This document shows, one piece after another, positions 44,209-53,670 of a stretch of DNA of 59,954 bases. Positions within the stretch are counted from its first letter, which is position 1, and each line of letters starts with the position of its first letter. The notes under the pieces were generated by a model. The model saw nothing but the letters and a program-made list of their open reading frames with translations. It did not search any database and was not told where the DNA came from. This DNA comes from a virus (taxonomy: Duplodnaviria; Heunggongvirae; Uroviricota; Caudoviricetes), in IMG/VR virus record IMGVR_UViG_3300035497_000275, positions 64,001-123,954 of that record; one strand, written 5' to 3'. Both the position numbers and the translations under genes were made by a program.

Positions 44209-44729
44209 TTGTTTGAAGTTGAACCAATGCCGCCTGTTCTCAGTGTAGTTACATCATCTTGGTCAACAGTATCAAAATTCATGATAATTCCTTGGGCAAA
44301 AGCATCACCACGATTAACGTCCAATACCTTATCATTCTTACTGTCATTTGTAATCTTGATAAAAATATGCCCATCATTAGATTCATTGCCATAATAATCA
44401 CTATCGACAATTCCCAATGTATTATCAAGTTGCATACGATATTTGAATCCATAGCTGCTTCTTGGAACAATCATCAAGAAACGTCCAGAATTCAGACTAC
44501 ATTTAATACCTGTTGGAATTTTAATTGACTCGCCGGGATGTAATGAAAATGAAATCGGAGCAAAGAAATCATATCCAGCAGAACCTTGTGTTGCTCTGGA
44601 CGGTAGCTTAATTTCATTGTACAATTCACGCAATTTAATGAAATCTACAATATTGCTACCGCTTGATTCAACCTTACCATCAAATGACTTGACAAATTCA
44701 TCGAAACTTACTTTCTCAAATTTATTCAT
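44205..44729 (-). CDS. dut: Trimeric dUTPase
   Basis: SAGYDF, PRSSYG, GIVDSDY, FAQG, RTGGIGST motifs. Confidence 0.92.
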   Translation of the reverse strand: MNKFEKVSFDEFVKSFDGKVESSGSNIVDFIKLRELYNEIKLPSRATQGSAGYDFFAPISFSLHPGESIKIPTGIKCSLNSGRFLMIVPRSSYGFKYRMQLDNTLGIVDSDYYGNESNDGHIFIKITNDSKNDKVLDVNRGDAFAQGIIMNFDTVDQDDVTTLRTGGIGSTSNN

Positions 44730-44730
44730 C

Positions 44731-45231
44731 TTACCTCTCCCAAAGTATAATTTTATTATTTTCAATGGATTTTTGAACATCAATAATTCTTTGATTTGAT
44801 GAACCACGGAACATTAAGTGTAAATCTCTACACCCCAATTCAAATTGTCCATCAACAAGAACATCAATGTTTTGCAGAATTTCAAAATATTTATCACATA
44901 AATCATCGAACTTATAACCAGACCAAACCCAAATTGACTTTCCAGTTTCCTTCTTGATTCTTTTGCAAATTTCAAGAATTGTATTTTGAGGCTGGTCAAA
45001 TGGTTCTCCGCCCAATAACGAAAATCCTGAAATAACTGGATTAGATAAATACGTCAACAGTTCAAGCATTGTTTGTTCTGTAAAACGCTTTCCATACGCA
45101 AAATTTTGATATTCTTGGTTGAAACATCCTTTACAATGAAAATGACAACCGCTTACAAACAGGGTGGTGCGAACACCAACCCCGTTTGCAATATCAAATT
45201 GTCGAATTTGAGCGTAATTCATATTTTTCAC
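44731..45231 (-). CDS. nrdG: Anaerobic ribonucleotide reductase activase
   Basis: Radical SAM CHFHCKGC, LLGGEP, RGSSNQR. Start may be ATG 45222. Confidence 0.93.
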   Translation of the reverse strand: MKNMNYAQIRQFDIANGVGVRTTLFVSGCHFHCKGCFNQEYQNFAYGKRFTEQTMLELLTYLSNPVISGFSLLGGEPFDQPQNTILEICKRIKKETGKSIWVWSGYKFDDLCDKYFEILQNIDVLVDGQFELGCRDLHLMFRGSSNQRIIDVQKSIENNKIILWER

Positions 45232-45246
45232 CTTAACTCGCTGATT

Positions 45247-47361
45247 TTACAGATGTAAAACACGTTCCTTAATTTCCTGAGTGCGTCCCTTATTCCAGAA
45301 GTTGTGACCTAAATATCCACAAGTACGGCGAGTTACGTTCATCTTCATCTGATCACGATTTCCGCAGTTCGGGCAATACCAATTCATATCATCATCAATC
45401 TGCATTTCGCCATCAAATCCACAGACTTGGCAATAATCACTTTTGCTGTTGATTTCAGCATACATAATATTGTCGTAGATGAATTTGATAACAGTCAAAA
45501 CAGCCTCGATATTGTTCTGCATATCAGGAACTTCAATGTAACTGATACATCCACCAAGAGATTGTGCCTGAAACTCTGCTTCAAAAGATAACTTCTTAAA
45601 AGCATCAATAGGCTCTGTTACATGAACATGATACGAATTCGTGATATAATCCTTATCTGTCACGCCGGGGATAACACCGAACCGTTTCTTCAAACAACGG
45701 GCAAACTTATATGTAGTGCTTTCCATCGGAGTCCCATAAACAGAGAATCCAATATTAGTTTCCGCTTTCCAAGTATTACAATGGTCATTCAAACACTTCA
45801 TAACTTTTAAAGCGAATTCCTTACCAGCACCAGTATGTGATGCACCAGTCATATATTTTGTACATTCGTACAGGCCACCGTAACCAAGTGAGATAGACGA
45901 ATAACTACCAAACAAAAGCGGATCAATCACTTCATGTTCTTTCAGTCTTGCGATTGCCCCGTGCTGCCACTGAATAGGAGCAACATCAGAAAGTGTACCT
46001 TTCAACCGATTATGACGGCACATCAAAGCACGATAACAAAGATCAAGACGATCCTCCATAATGCTCCAGAACTTGTCCTCGTCACCACCAGACGAAAGTG
46101 CAACATCGACCAAATTAATTGTCACAACGCCCTGATTGAATCTGCCATAGAATTTCGCATTACCATTTTCATCATGCCACGGAGGAAGGAAACTACGGCA
46201 TCCCATGCACGGGAAACAATAACCGTCCTTCAGTTCCTTCATCTTCTTTTCAGAGATATAATCAGGAACAAGACGTTTTGCGGAACACTTAGCAGAAAGT
46301 TCAGTCAGATAGTAGTAAGGACTATCTTCATGAATGTTGTTTTCTTCAAGAACATAAAGCAACTTCGGGAAAGATGGAGAAACATAGACACCAACTTTAT
46401 TCTTTGTACCAAGAATACGCTGGTTCAAAATTTCCTCAATAATCATTGCAGTTTCTTTGATGTATTCAGGATTTTCACTGAGATACATAAAGATAGATAA
46501 GAATGGAGCCTGACCATTTGTTGTCATAAGGGTATTGATTTGATACTGAATGGTTTGAACACCAGCCTTAATCTCATCATGCAGTCGATCCATTGTTGCC
46601 GCCTCAAGTTGTTCGTCAGTATATTCAACATTCAGTTTCGACCACTCACGAATTACCTTCTTCTTGATTTTCTCATAAGAAACACGAACATAAGGCGCAA
46701 GATGTGAAATGCTGATTGTCTGGCCTCCATACTGCACAGATGCAATTTGTGCTACGATCTGTGTAGCCACTGTACAAGCAGTCATAAAAGATTTTGGAGT
46801 ATCAATCTTCGTACCATTGATTACTGTGCCGTTATCCAGCATATCCTTTAAATTGACTAATTCACAGTTGTGCATATGCTGTGCGAAATAGTCACTGTCA
46901 TGGAAATGAATCAGCCCTTCTTCATGCGCTTCTACAATATCAGGCGGCAGAAGCAGTCGCATAGTCAAATCCTTGCTAACCTCACCAGCCATATAATCAC
47001 GCTGCGTTGAAACAACAATGGCATTTTTATTGGAATTTTCCTCAATGATATCCTTATTCCGCAGTTCGATCAGCCGAAGAATCCCATCATAAGTCTTGTC
47101 GTTATCTCTAATCAGTTTACGTTCATGACGATATCGAACATATTCCAATGCAATATCGACATATCCAGCTTCAATCAGTTTATGTTCAACCATATCCTGA
47201 ATGTCCTCGATATTCAGAACACCAGATTCTTGTTCAATTTCATGAGCAATACGACATTTTGTGTCGTAATCTACATTCCCAGCCTTACTGATTGCCGTGA
47301 TAATTTTTGTCGGATCAAACTTTTCGATGTTACCGTTACGCTTTTTAATTTCTGTAACCAT
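45247..47361 (-). CDS. nrdD: Class III anaerobic ribonucleoside-triphosphate reductase
   Basis: N-terminal ATP cone, IHFHD, MGCRSFL, CxxC...CxxC, glycyl-radical loop RRTCGYLG. Confidence 0.95.
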   Translation of the reverse strand: MVTEIKKRNGNIEKFDPTKIITAISKAGNVDYDTKCRIAHEIEQESGVLNIEDIQDMVEHKLIEAGYVDIALEYVRYRHERKLIRDNDKTYDGILRLIELRNKDIIEENSNKNAIVVSTQRDYMAGEVSKDLTMRLLLPPDIVEAHEEGLIHFHDSDYFAQHMHNCELVNLKDMLDNGTVINGTKIDTPKSFMTACTVATQIVAQIASVQYGGQTISISHLAPYVRVSYEKIKKKVIREWSKLNVEYTDEQLEAATMDRLHDEIKAGVQTIQYQINTLMTTNGQAPFLSIFMYLSENPEYIKETAMIIEEILNQRILGTKNKVGVYVSPSFPKLLYVLEENNIHEDSPYYYLTELSAKCSAKRLVPDYISEKKMKELKDGYCFPCMGCRSFLPPWHDENGNAKFYGRFNQGVVTINLVDVALSSGGDEDKFWSIMEDRLDLCYRALMCRHNRLKGTLSDVAPIQWQHGAIARLKEHEVIDPLLFGSYSSISLGYGGLYECTKYMTGASHTGAGKEFALKVMKCLNDHCNTWKAETNIGFSVYGTPMESTTYKFARCLKKRFGVIPGVTDKDYITNSYHVHVTEPIDAFKKLSFEAEFQAQSLGGCISYIEVPDMQNNIEAVLTVIKFIYDNIMYAEINSKSDYCQVCGFDGEMQIDDDMNWYCPNCGNRDQMKMNVTRRTCGYLGHNFWNKGRTQEIKERVLHL

Positions 47362-47373
47362 CTTTTACTCCCT

Positions 47374-47922
47374 TCACAATAAAATCTGTCCAATTTCATG
47401 CCAAGAATAAACACGAGTAAGTCCTGCTGCTTGATTATCAAAGTTGTGATTGTGTGGACGATCAAATAATAAGCCAGAATAACTTCCGCCTTGAAAATTA
47501 TGAACACCATCATCAATTAAAATATCTCCATGCACTAATTGCTTTTTGCTTGCAATAATGAATTGCGACCATTTCAAGAACGGAAACAACTGGAGAATTC
47601 TTTCTATTTTCGTATCACAAGTTTGATAATTTGTAGCAGTTACAATAAATAAATCATGTTTATCATTGATTTCTTTAAGAACATCATAACAGCCATCAAT
47701 GGCAGAAAGATTATTCCAGAAATCCTTTTGATAAATTGGAGCATAAACTTCTTCCTTTGGAATTGACGGGAAGAACAAACTGACATTCCAATCAGTTACA
47801 TCGGTAGGTTTTACTGTTGTGCCAAATTTAGAGTTTAAATATTCAACCCAACAGTCCAGTAAGTTTTCAATCGTATCATCGGCATCACATAGAATAATCT
47901 TTCTGTCCATTTTCTCACCCAA
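47374..47922 (-). CDS. 5'(3')-deoxyribonucleotidase (HAD, NT5C-like)
   Basis: DADDTI (DxD), ILIDDG, FDRPHN. Confidence 0.8.
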   Translation of the reverse strand: MGEKMDRKIILCDADDTIENLLDCWVEYLNSKFGTTVKPTDVTDWNVSLFFPSIPKEEVYAPIYQKDFWNNLSAIDGCYDVLKEINDKHDLFIVTATNYQTCDTKIERILQLFPFLKWSQFIIASKKQLVHGDILIDDGVHNFQGGSYSGLLFDRPHNHNFDNQAAGLTRVYSWHEIGQILL

Positions 47923-48445
47923 TCGCTGCCATAATATCGGTAAATTTATTGTTCAAATCTTCAATGGTTGAATCATTCAGCACATAACAATCCGCAGGAT
48001 AATCGTCCATTGCAGTTTCAGATGGATGATTCAACTGAGCAAATGTAAGATTAGAAGAAAAATCAGGACGTGTAATCCGAATTAACTTCACATCAAAATT
48101 TTCATTATTCTTAAAACACTCTACTTCATTTGGGAATCGACAATCTGGAATCAAAACATAATCCCATGTATCATCAAACAGTAGAAGAATATCAACAATG
48201 AAATTTGTCCAAAAATCAGGACACTTTGCACGGACTACATCGGTTCCAATATACTGGAGCAAAGTTCTACCCTTTTCGTCCTTGTTACCGTCCCATGCAA
48301 AAAATGTAGAACAGACGTATTTGACCAAATCACCAAAATGGGCAATCAAAACACGTTTACCATTCTGCTCTAACTGATTCTTCAGGATACCCGCCAAGGT
48401 ATCCTTACCATGACGGGCTTTCCCTGAAATACAAACTACTTTCAT
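47915..48445 (-). CDS. Deoxynucleoside monophosphate kinase-like P-loop protein
   Basis: ISGKARHGKDT, RTLLQYIGTDVVR, IPDCRFPNE, HPSE. Confidence 0.82.
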   Translation of the reverse strand: MKVVCISGKARHGKDTLAGILKNQLEQNGKRVLIAHFGDLVKYVCSTFFAWDGNKDEKGRTLLQYIGTDVVRAKCPDFWTNFIVDILLLFDDTWDYVLIPDCRFPNEVECFKNNENFDVKLIRITRPDFSSNLTFAQLNHPSETAMDDYPADCYVLNDSTIEDLNNKFTDIMAAIG

Positions 48446-49098
48446 GCGTTATTAAACCACTCCTTTTTTCTTGAAAGATATCTTGTTGCATCATGATATA
48501 AGTAATTGTAAATTTTTGAACACTGACGATTGCCTGAATATGTAATTCTATAAATATTTCCATGTTCTGTTATTGTTGTCTGACTTTTCTTACTGATCCC
48601 GATATCAATGTATCGCTTAATATCATGAAGAAGTTCATAAGTTCCACATATATCAAATGATAATTGCGGGGTTTCTTTATTTTTATTTTTTATGCGAATA
48701 CATCCATCCCCATCAAATACGCCTCTAATGAAATGATGAATATACTGCTCTGGGATAAATGAAAAGTCACCGTTTTCTTTTTTGCTTTCTCCACGCAATT
48801 TAAGAACCGTTTCAGCTAAATGCTTTGATGACAATGTAATTTCATAATATATATTGTTATTTTTTATACGTTTACGAATTGGTGCTTCGGATTCAAACAA
48901 CGATTTGAAAAGTGAAATTTGTTCATAATCTTTTGAAGAAAATGCTATTCCGTCTTTTCTGAAGCAACCATCTGTTATGAACAGGCCAAACGCATAAGCA
49001 GCATCTTCGCTATTTATAGAATCAAACAGGCATTCATTGAGCAAATATTTACGACTCTGATACACCAATGACCTGTTCATAAATATCATCAAACACAA
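48442..49098 (-). CDS. Free-standing LAGLIDADG homing endonuclease (two-motif)
   Basis: YAFGLFITDGC and HFIRGVFDGDGC; 5' end overlaps the thyX 3' end, start uncertain (49080 or a nearby GTG). Confidence 0.82.
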   Translation of the reverse strand: MCLMIFMNRSLVYQSRKYLLNECLFDSINSEDAAYAFGLFITDGCFRKDGIAFSSKDYEQISLFKSLFESEAPIRKRIKNNNIYYEITLSSKHLAETVLKLRGESKKENGDFSFIPEQYIHHFIRGVFDGDGCIRIKNKNKETPQLSFDICGTYELLHDIKRYIDIGISKKSQTTITEHGNIYRITYSGNRQCSKIYNYLYHDATRYLSRKKEWFNNA

Positions 49099-49732
49099 CA
49101 GGAATCATCATTTTGAAAGCCTTTAAAAGAGGAATCATAAGTTCCCTAATTTGTGGATGCGCCGCAGTAGAACAACGCAATTTAAGAATATTACGCCATT
49201 CACGAAGATTAGCCGTCACGCACAATTCAGTCTTAGTAGAATTATTCAGAACAGAACGAGCAATCTGTGGCGTTGCGCCCAACTCAATCATACGATTATA
49301 ATGTCGCTCTGCGTCAGCACAGGCCGTAACCCACTCCTGATAAATTGCCTCGAATGTATCAGCATCGAGATTTTTTACCTTTGGGTCAAACTGCATACCA
49401 CCACGCAAATCAATATATGTAACTTCGTTTCCGAACTTATCCTTATTGTAATTGCAATATCTGGTTGATTCTTGTGCATAGCTTGCAACTCTATGACGAA
49501 CTTCCTCATGAGATACCCCACGATCATTCGTCAGTCTAACCGTAATGTTATAATGCTCAATAACTGCTTCGTGACCACGATCAATAATTCCCTGAACGAA
49601 TTTGATACAAGAATCATCTGTAATCTTGTCCTCGCTCTTATAACAAGTACGTCCGACTTCCTCCAGCGTTTTCAAAATCGTTGTTCCATCAATGGGCGTG
49701 ATAATTTCAAACTTTGGCTTAATAATTTTCAT
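49049..49732 (-). CDS. thyX: Flavin-dependent thymidylate synthase
   Basis: GHEAVIEH, RGVSHEEVRHRVASYAQES (RHRx7S), AAHPQIR. Confidence 0.93.
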   Translation of the reverse strand: MKIIKPKFEIITPIDGTTILKTLEEVGRTCYKSEDKITDDSCIKFVQGIIDRGHEAVIEHYNITVRLTNDRGVSHEEVRHRVASYAQESTRYCNYNKDKFGNEVTYIDLRGGMQFDPKVKNLDADTFEAIYQEWVTACADAERHYNRMIELGATPQIARSVLNNSTKTELCVTANLREWRNILKLRCSTAAHPQIRELMIPLLKAFKMMIPVVFDDIYEQVIGVSES

Positions 49733-49768
49733 TAAAACCCTCCTTGTACTTCTTGCATTTATGGTTAT

Positions 49769-49993
49769 TTAGTTATAATTATCGTCCTCGTAAGATTCAA
49801 AGCAATAGTTGCACAAATACCCCTTTGTGCCGTCTGGCTTCTTGATCTTATGGAGTGTACCGTGTGACGAACCACATTCCATGCAGCAAACCTTTGTGAA
49901 ATCCTTCGGCTTCTGCTCTTGCTTTTGCTTGCTGTTCTCCGAATTGGGATGAGAAGGCCAGTTACGATCATTGGGATAATACTTTCGCTTCAT
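49769..49993 (-). CDS. Small Zn-finger protein
   Basis: CMECG...CNYC. Confidence 0.55.
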   Translation of the reverse strand: MKRKYYPNDRNWPSHPNSENSKQKQEQKPKDFTKVCCMECGSSHGTLHKIKKPDGTKGYLCNYCFESYEDDNYN

Positions 49994-49998
49994 TTTTG

Positions 49999-50646
49999 TT
50001 ACATTCCTTTCATTTTTTCATAATATGATTTTGAATAACAAAAATAATGATCACCAATTTTTTCAAATAAGTAGTCATTATATTGTTGCGTAGAGAAGAA
50101 TACAACACCAAGATTTAAAATTGGCTCCGTTTCTGTAAGAACTGATTCAACAGCATCATACTGATCCTGTGTTGGTGCTGTGCTGGAAATATACCCAGCC
50201 GGGGAAAACTGATTCGTCTGATAAACAACATCATAAATTGTATCAGGAAATTCTTCACTCAAAACACGGTTCAGGACAACTTCGATTACGGCTTTCTGTC
50301 CTTCAAAAGACTGGTTCCCAGCTTCCAAAAATGCTAATCGTGCTAAAATTTCCTTTTCTTCATTTGTAATTGAACTTGCGATTATGTCATAAAATGGAGA
50401 AATCACTACCTCTGGTTCGTATTCATCATCTGAAATTTCAGTAGTTTGTTCTGGTTCTTCTATCAAAACAACTACATCATCACATTCAATAACAGGTTCA
50501 ACATCAGCAAATTCATCGTCAGGCAAATCATATTCAGTGGTATCAACTTGATTGGAACGATTATTTTGTTCTATGCAAAAACTTGTAGCTGTTAATGATA
50601 GGAACACAATCAAAATAAACACCGAAATTTTTCTTAAAATTTTCAT
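49999..50646 (-). CDS. SleB-like cell wall hydrolase (Hydrolase_2) with N-terminal signal/TM and acidic linker
   Basis: LARLAFLEAGNQ...AVIEVVLNRV...FPDTIYDVVYQ.NQFS; hydrophobic N-terminus. Confidence 0.85.
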   Translation of the reverse strand: MKILRKISVFILIVFLSLTATSFCIEQNNRSNQVDTTEYDLPDDEFADVEPVIECDDVVVLIEEPEQTTEISDDEYEPEVVISPFYDIIASSITNEEKEILARLAFLEAGNQSFEGQKAVIEVVLNRVLSEEFPDTIYDVVYQTNQFSPAGYISSTAPTQDQYDAVESVLTETEPILNLGVVFFSTQQYNDYLFEKIGDHYFCYSKSYYEKMKGM

Positions 50647-50687
50647 ATGTTTCTATCCTTTTTAATCGAATTTTTACTTCTTATGTG

Positions 50688-50716
50688 TTTACAATCGTTT
50701 CGATTTGTGTTATAAT
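50688..50716 (+). promoter_or_regulatory. Rightward promoter with extended -10 and a palindromic operator-like site in the spacer
   Basis: TTTACA-17-TATAAT with TGn; AATCG-ttt-CGATT at 50693-50705. Confidence 0.75.
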
Positions 50717-50747
50717 TCAGTCACCAAATTTTAAAGGAGTTGAAAAC

Positions 50748-51020
50748 ATGGCTACTGAAAAGCAAGTCGAAACGCAAGAATCCACAAACGAGAAGCGGAA
50801 AATGGTGCGCCGTTCTACTGAAGAACGTATTGCTGAAATCGACAATAAGATCGCAGCACATCAAGCATCCATTCAGAAACTTCAGGAGAAGAAAGATGCG
50901 ATTCTAAACCCTAAAGTCCGTGCATCGAAGGCTTCTAAAATTAAGGCGGTCATGAATGCCGCTAAAGAATCCGGCATGACACCTGAAGAAATTGCGGAGA
51001 AACTTGGCCTTACAATTTAA
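50748..51020 (+). CDS. Small coiled-coil protein with C-terminal HTH-like segment, opposite in orientation to its module
   Basis: SD AAGGAG; RRSTEERIAEIDNKIAAHQASIQKLQEKK; GMTPEEIAEKLGL. Confidence 0.72.
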   Translation: MATEKQVETQESTNEKRKMVRRSTEERIAEIDNKIAAHQASIQKLQEKKDAILNPKVRASKASKIKAVMNAAKESGMTPEEIAEKLGLTI

Positions 51021-51033
51021 TCCAAAATAGGAG

Positions 51034-51070
51034 AAATAGACTGTCATATTACTATGGCAGTCTATTTTTT
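51034..51070. terminator. Probably bidirectional terminator between convergent genes
   Basis: AAATAGACTGTCATA-ttac-TATGGCAGTCTATTT followed by a T run. Confidence 0.78.
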
Positions 51071-51088
51071 ACTGCCAATTTCTAAATG

Positions 51089-51580
51089 TTATATAAAGCA
51101 AGCAAATTCTCCAAAATATCTTTCTTCCGCCTTTTGTCTTGCAATAACTGCTTCTTCAAATTTTGCAAATTCGCCAAGATTAATCTTCTTTTTATTTACA
51201 GTTATTTGTGCAACCCATATTTGATCACGCTTATGCCAAAAGACGCCTTTATGCCCAGTTTTATTGTTGACATTCAACAATCTATTTTTTGAATTATCTA
51301 CATGATCGCAAACCCTTAGATTTTGTTTTCGATTATCAGCCTTATTATGGTTAATATGGTCAATATCTTTGTTATAAGAAACATTGCCTAAAATAGTTCT
51401 GTGCATATTAACAAATCTATTTCCATTTCTTGCTTCAACATATCCTTTATGAATGTACCATGTAAGATTTCGTATTAATTCATAATCCTCTTTGTCAAAA
51501 TAAAATGGTTCATTTTTTGAAGTATAACCAATGCCAAAATCGCCTGACAAATCATATGAATTAAATTTTTTAAGTGCCAT
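51089..51580 (-). CDS. Free-standing HNH endonuclease with AP2 DNA-binding domain
   Basis: DHINHNKADNRKQNLR; NNKTGHKGVFW...WVAQI...LGEF...AVIARQKAE. Confidence 0.88.
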   Translation of the reverse strand: MALKKFNSYDLSGDFGIGYTSKNEPFYFDKEDYELIRNLTWYIHKGYVEARNGNRFVNMHRTILGNVSYNKDIDHINHNKADNRKQNLRVCDHVDNSKNRLLNVNNKTGHKGVFWHKRDQIWVAQITVNKKKINLGEFAKFEEAVIARQKAEERYFGEFACFI

Positions 51581-53568
51581 TATTCACCCCCAATCATTTT
51601 TAGAAATTCGCTTTCTGTAATAATTGGAATATCCAATTCAACTGCTTTTCTATATTTGCCGCTATTTGATGGAGCGTTACATATCACATAATCTGTTTTC
51701 TTTGAAACAGAACTGGAAACCTTTGCACCTAATTCCTCAAGTTTCTGTGTAATTCCATCCCTTGTGAAATTTTGAAGGCTCCCGGTAGCAACGACTATCT
51801 TTCCTGAGAACGGATTATTAGTTTCAACATTGGTTGCTAAATTTTGAATGAAAACACAACCACGCAGTTTATTATAAATTTCTACGTTGTGCAAATCCGA
51901 AAACCAATTTTGAATACTATCAGATGTGACTTGACCAAAATCGTCAATGACAGACCAATCAAATCCATCGGCAATTAATTGATCAAATTTATCTGGATCA
52001 TTGCCGCAATAATGAACAATTGCTTTTGATGCAGTTTTGCCGATATTGGGAATTCCAAGCGAAACAATAAATTTATCGAAAGTTACGTTCTTTGATGCTT
52101 CAATGGCATTCCACATCTTTTCATATGAACGAACACCAAATCCTTCCATTTTGACAATTTCATTCCGATGTTGGTCAAGCGAATAAATATCATAGAATTC
52201 ATTTAGCCATCCGCAGTCGATAAATCGTTCCAATGTAGCTTCTGACAGTCCATCAATATTCATTGCTGATTTGCTAACAAAATGCTCAAAAGAACTGAGT
52301 TTCTTGCCATCACAATTTGGATTATTACAATAAACTGTATCTGTGTTATTAACGTGTTCTACACAAGTATCATGTCCACATACAGGACAGCATTTAGGAA
52401 ATTTAACACCTAACTTTGTAGGACGTTGTTCAGCGGAAAGATTTTTGAAAATCTGTGGAATAATCATGTTGGCCTTCATAATGGAAATTTCATCACCAAT
52501 ATTCAGGTCATAATCTTTCAGGTAACTCAGGTTATGTACGCTTGCTCTACTGACAGTCGATCCGTCCAGTTCAACCGGGTCAAAAATTGCAACAGGAGTT
52601 AGCTGCCCGGTACGTCCCATTGACCATTCAATATCACGAAGAATTGTATTAGCTTTTTCATCCTCAAACTTAAAAGCAACCCCGTCATTTTTATGGTGCG
52701 AAGTACCTCCCAATTCTTTTGAAAATGAAAGGCTATCATACTTTAGAACCATACCATCAATTGGAATACCGTCTTTGACTGCTTCATGCTTCATGGTGTC
52801 AATAGATCGTTGGATAACATCTGCATCAACTTTGAAAATAGAAACATAAGATGGAACATCAAATCCAAGATTCTTACAGGTTACAAACTTGCTTTCTCTA
52901 CTATCTGGATCATCCGTGATATCATCCAGTCCCTCCAGAACATCCCATAACATCCAAGCAACATTTCGATCCGCACAAATCTTGCTATCCAGTTGTCGGA
53001 CAGAACCAGCGGCAAGATTTCTGGCATTGGCATATGGTTTCTCTCCACTTGGTAAGTTGTCATTGATAATTTGAAAATCATCTTTGTGAATAATCGCCTC
53101 ACCAGACAACCGCAAAAATCTTTGGTATGGAATTGTTAAAGGGATATTCTTAAAAGTTCTGGCGTTATGCGTAATATCTTCGCCAACATATCCATCACCA
53201 CGAGTAGAAGCCTGAACCAGTTTACCAGCGTCATAAATCAATTCGACAGTCAGGCCATCAAACTTGTGCATCAGAATACATTGCCCTCTATTTGCAAAGT
53301 TCTGAAGATCATTTACATTCTTCGTCTTATCTAATGACAGCAGCGGGATATCATGTTGAACTTTCTTCAGTTTACTTAGAACTTCATACCCAACAGTCTG
53401 TGTTGGTGAATTACTAAGTACAATGCCAGTTTGTTCCTCCAGTTTCTTCAACTGGTCAAACAAGGAATCGTATTCTGAATCTGTAATAATTGACTCTGCC
53501 TTATTATAGTAGGAATCACGGCATTGGTTCAAAAAGTCAACAAGTTCAGGCATACTTAAATTGTTCAT
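51580..53568 (-). CDS. ligA: NAD-dependent DNA ligase
   Basis: KFDG adenylation motif, STRGDG, NARNLAAGS, Zn finger CPVC...C....C, HhH region, BRCT (VATGSL...SSSVSKKTDY). Confidence 0.95.
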   Translation of the reverse strand: MNNLSMPELVDFLNQCRDSYYNKAESIITDSEYDSLFDQLKKLEEQTGIVLSNSPTQTVGYEVLSKLKKVQHDIPLLSLDKTKNVNDLQNFANRGQCILMHKFDGLTVELIYDAGKLVQASTRGDGYVGEDITHNARTFKNIPLTIPYQRFLRLSGEAIIHKDDFQIINDNLPSGEKPYANARNLAAGSVRQLDSKICADRNVAWMLWDVLEGLDDITDDPDSRESKFVTCKNLGFDVPSYVSIFKVDADVIQRSIDTMKHEAVKDGIPIDGMVLKYDSLSFSKELGGTSHHKNDGVAFKFEDEKANTILRDIEWSMGRTGQLTPVAIFDPVELDGSTVSRASVHNLSYLKDYDLNIGDEISIMKANMIIPQIFKNLSAEQRPTKLGVKFPKCCPVCGHDTCVEHVNNTDTVYCNNPNCDGKKLSSFEHFVSKSAMNIDGLSEATLERFIDCGWLNEFYDIYSLDQHRNEIVKMEGFGVRSYEKMWNAIEASKNVTFDKFIVSLGIPNIGKTASKAIVHYCGNDPDKFDQLIADGFDWSVIDDFGQVTSDSIQNWFSDLHNVEIYNKLRGCVFIQNLATNVETNNPFSGKIVVATGSLQNFTRDGITQKLEELGAKVSSSVSKKTDYVICNAPSNSGKYRKAVELDIPIITESEFLKMIGGE

Positions 53569-53637
53569 GTTCTCTCCTTTCTTGTATTTCCAGTTATATG
53601 GATAAAAGATATTGAGAATCTTTCATCCTCGCCATTC

Positions 53638-53666
53638 ATTATACTTGTTTTTATGGTTATTGTCAA
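53638..53666 (-). promoter_or_regulatory. Consensus promoter upstream of ligA
   Basis: - strand TTGACA-17 nt-TATAAT; the spacer begins with the repeated AATAACCATA motif. Confidence 0.85.
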
Positions 53667-53670
53667 GGGG

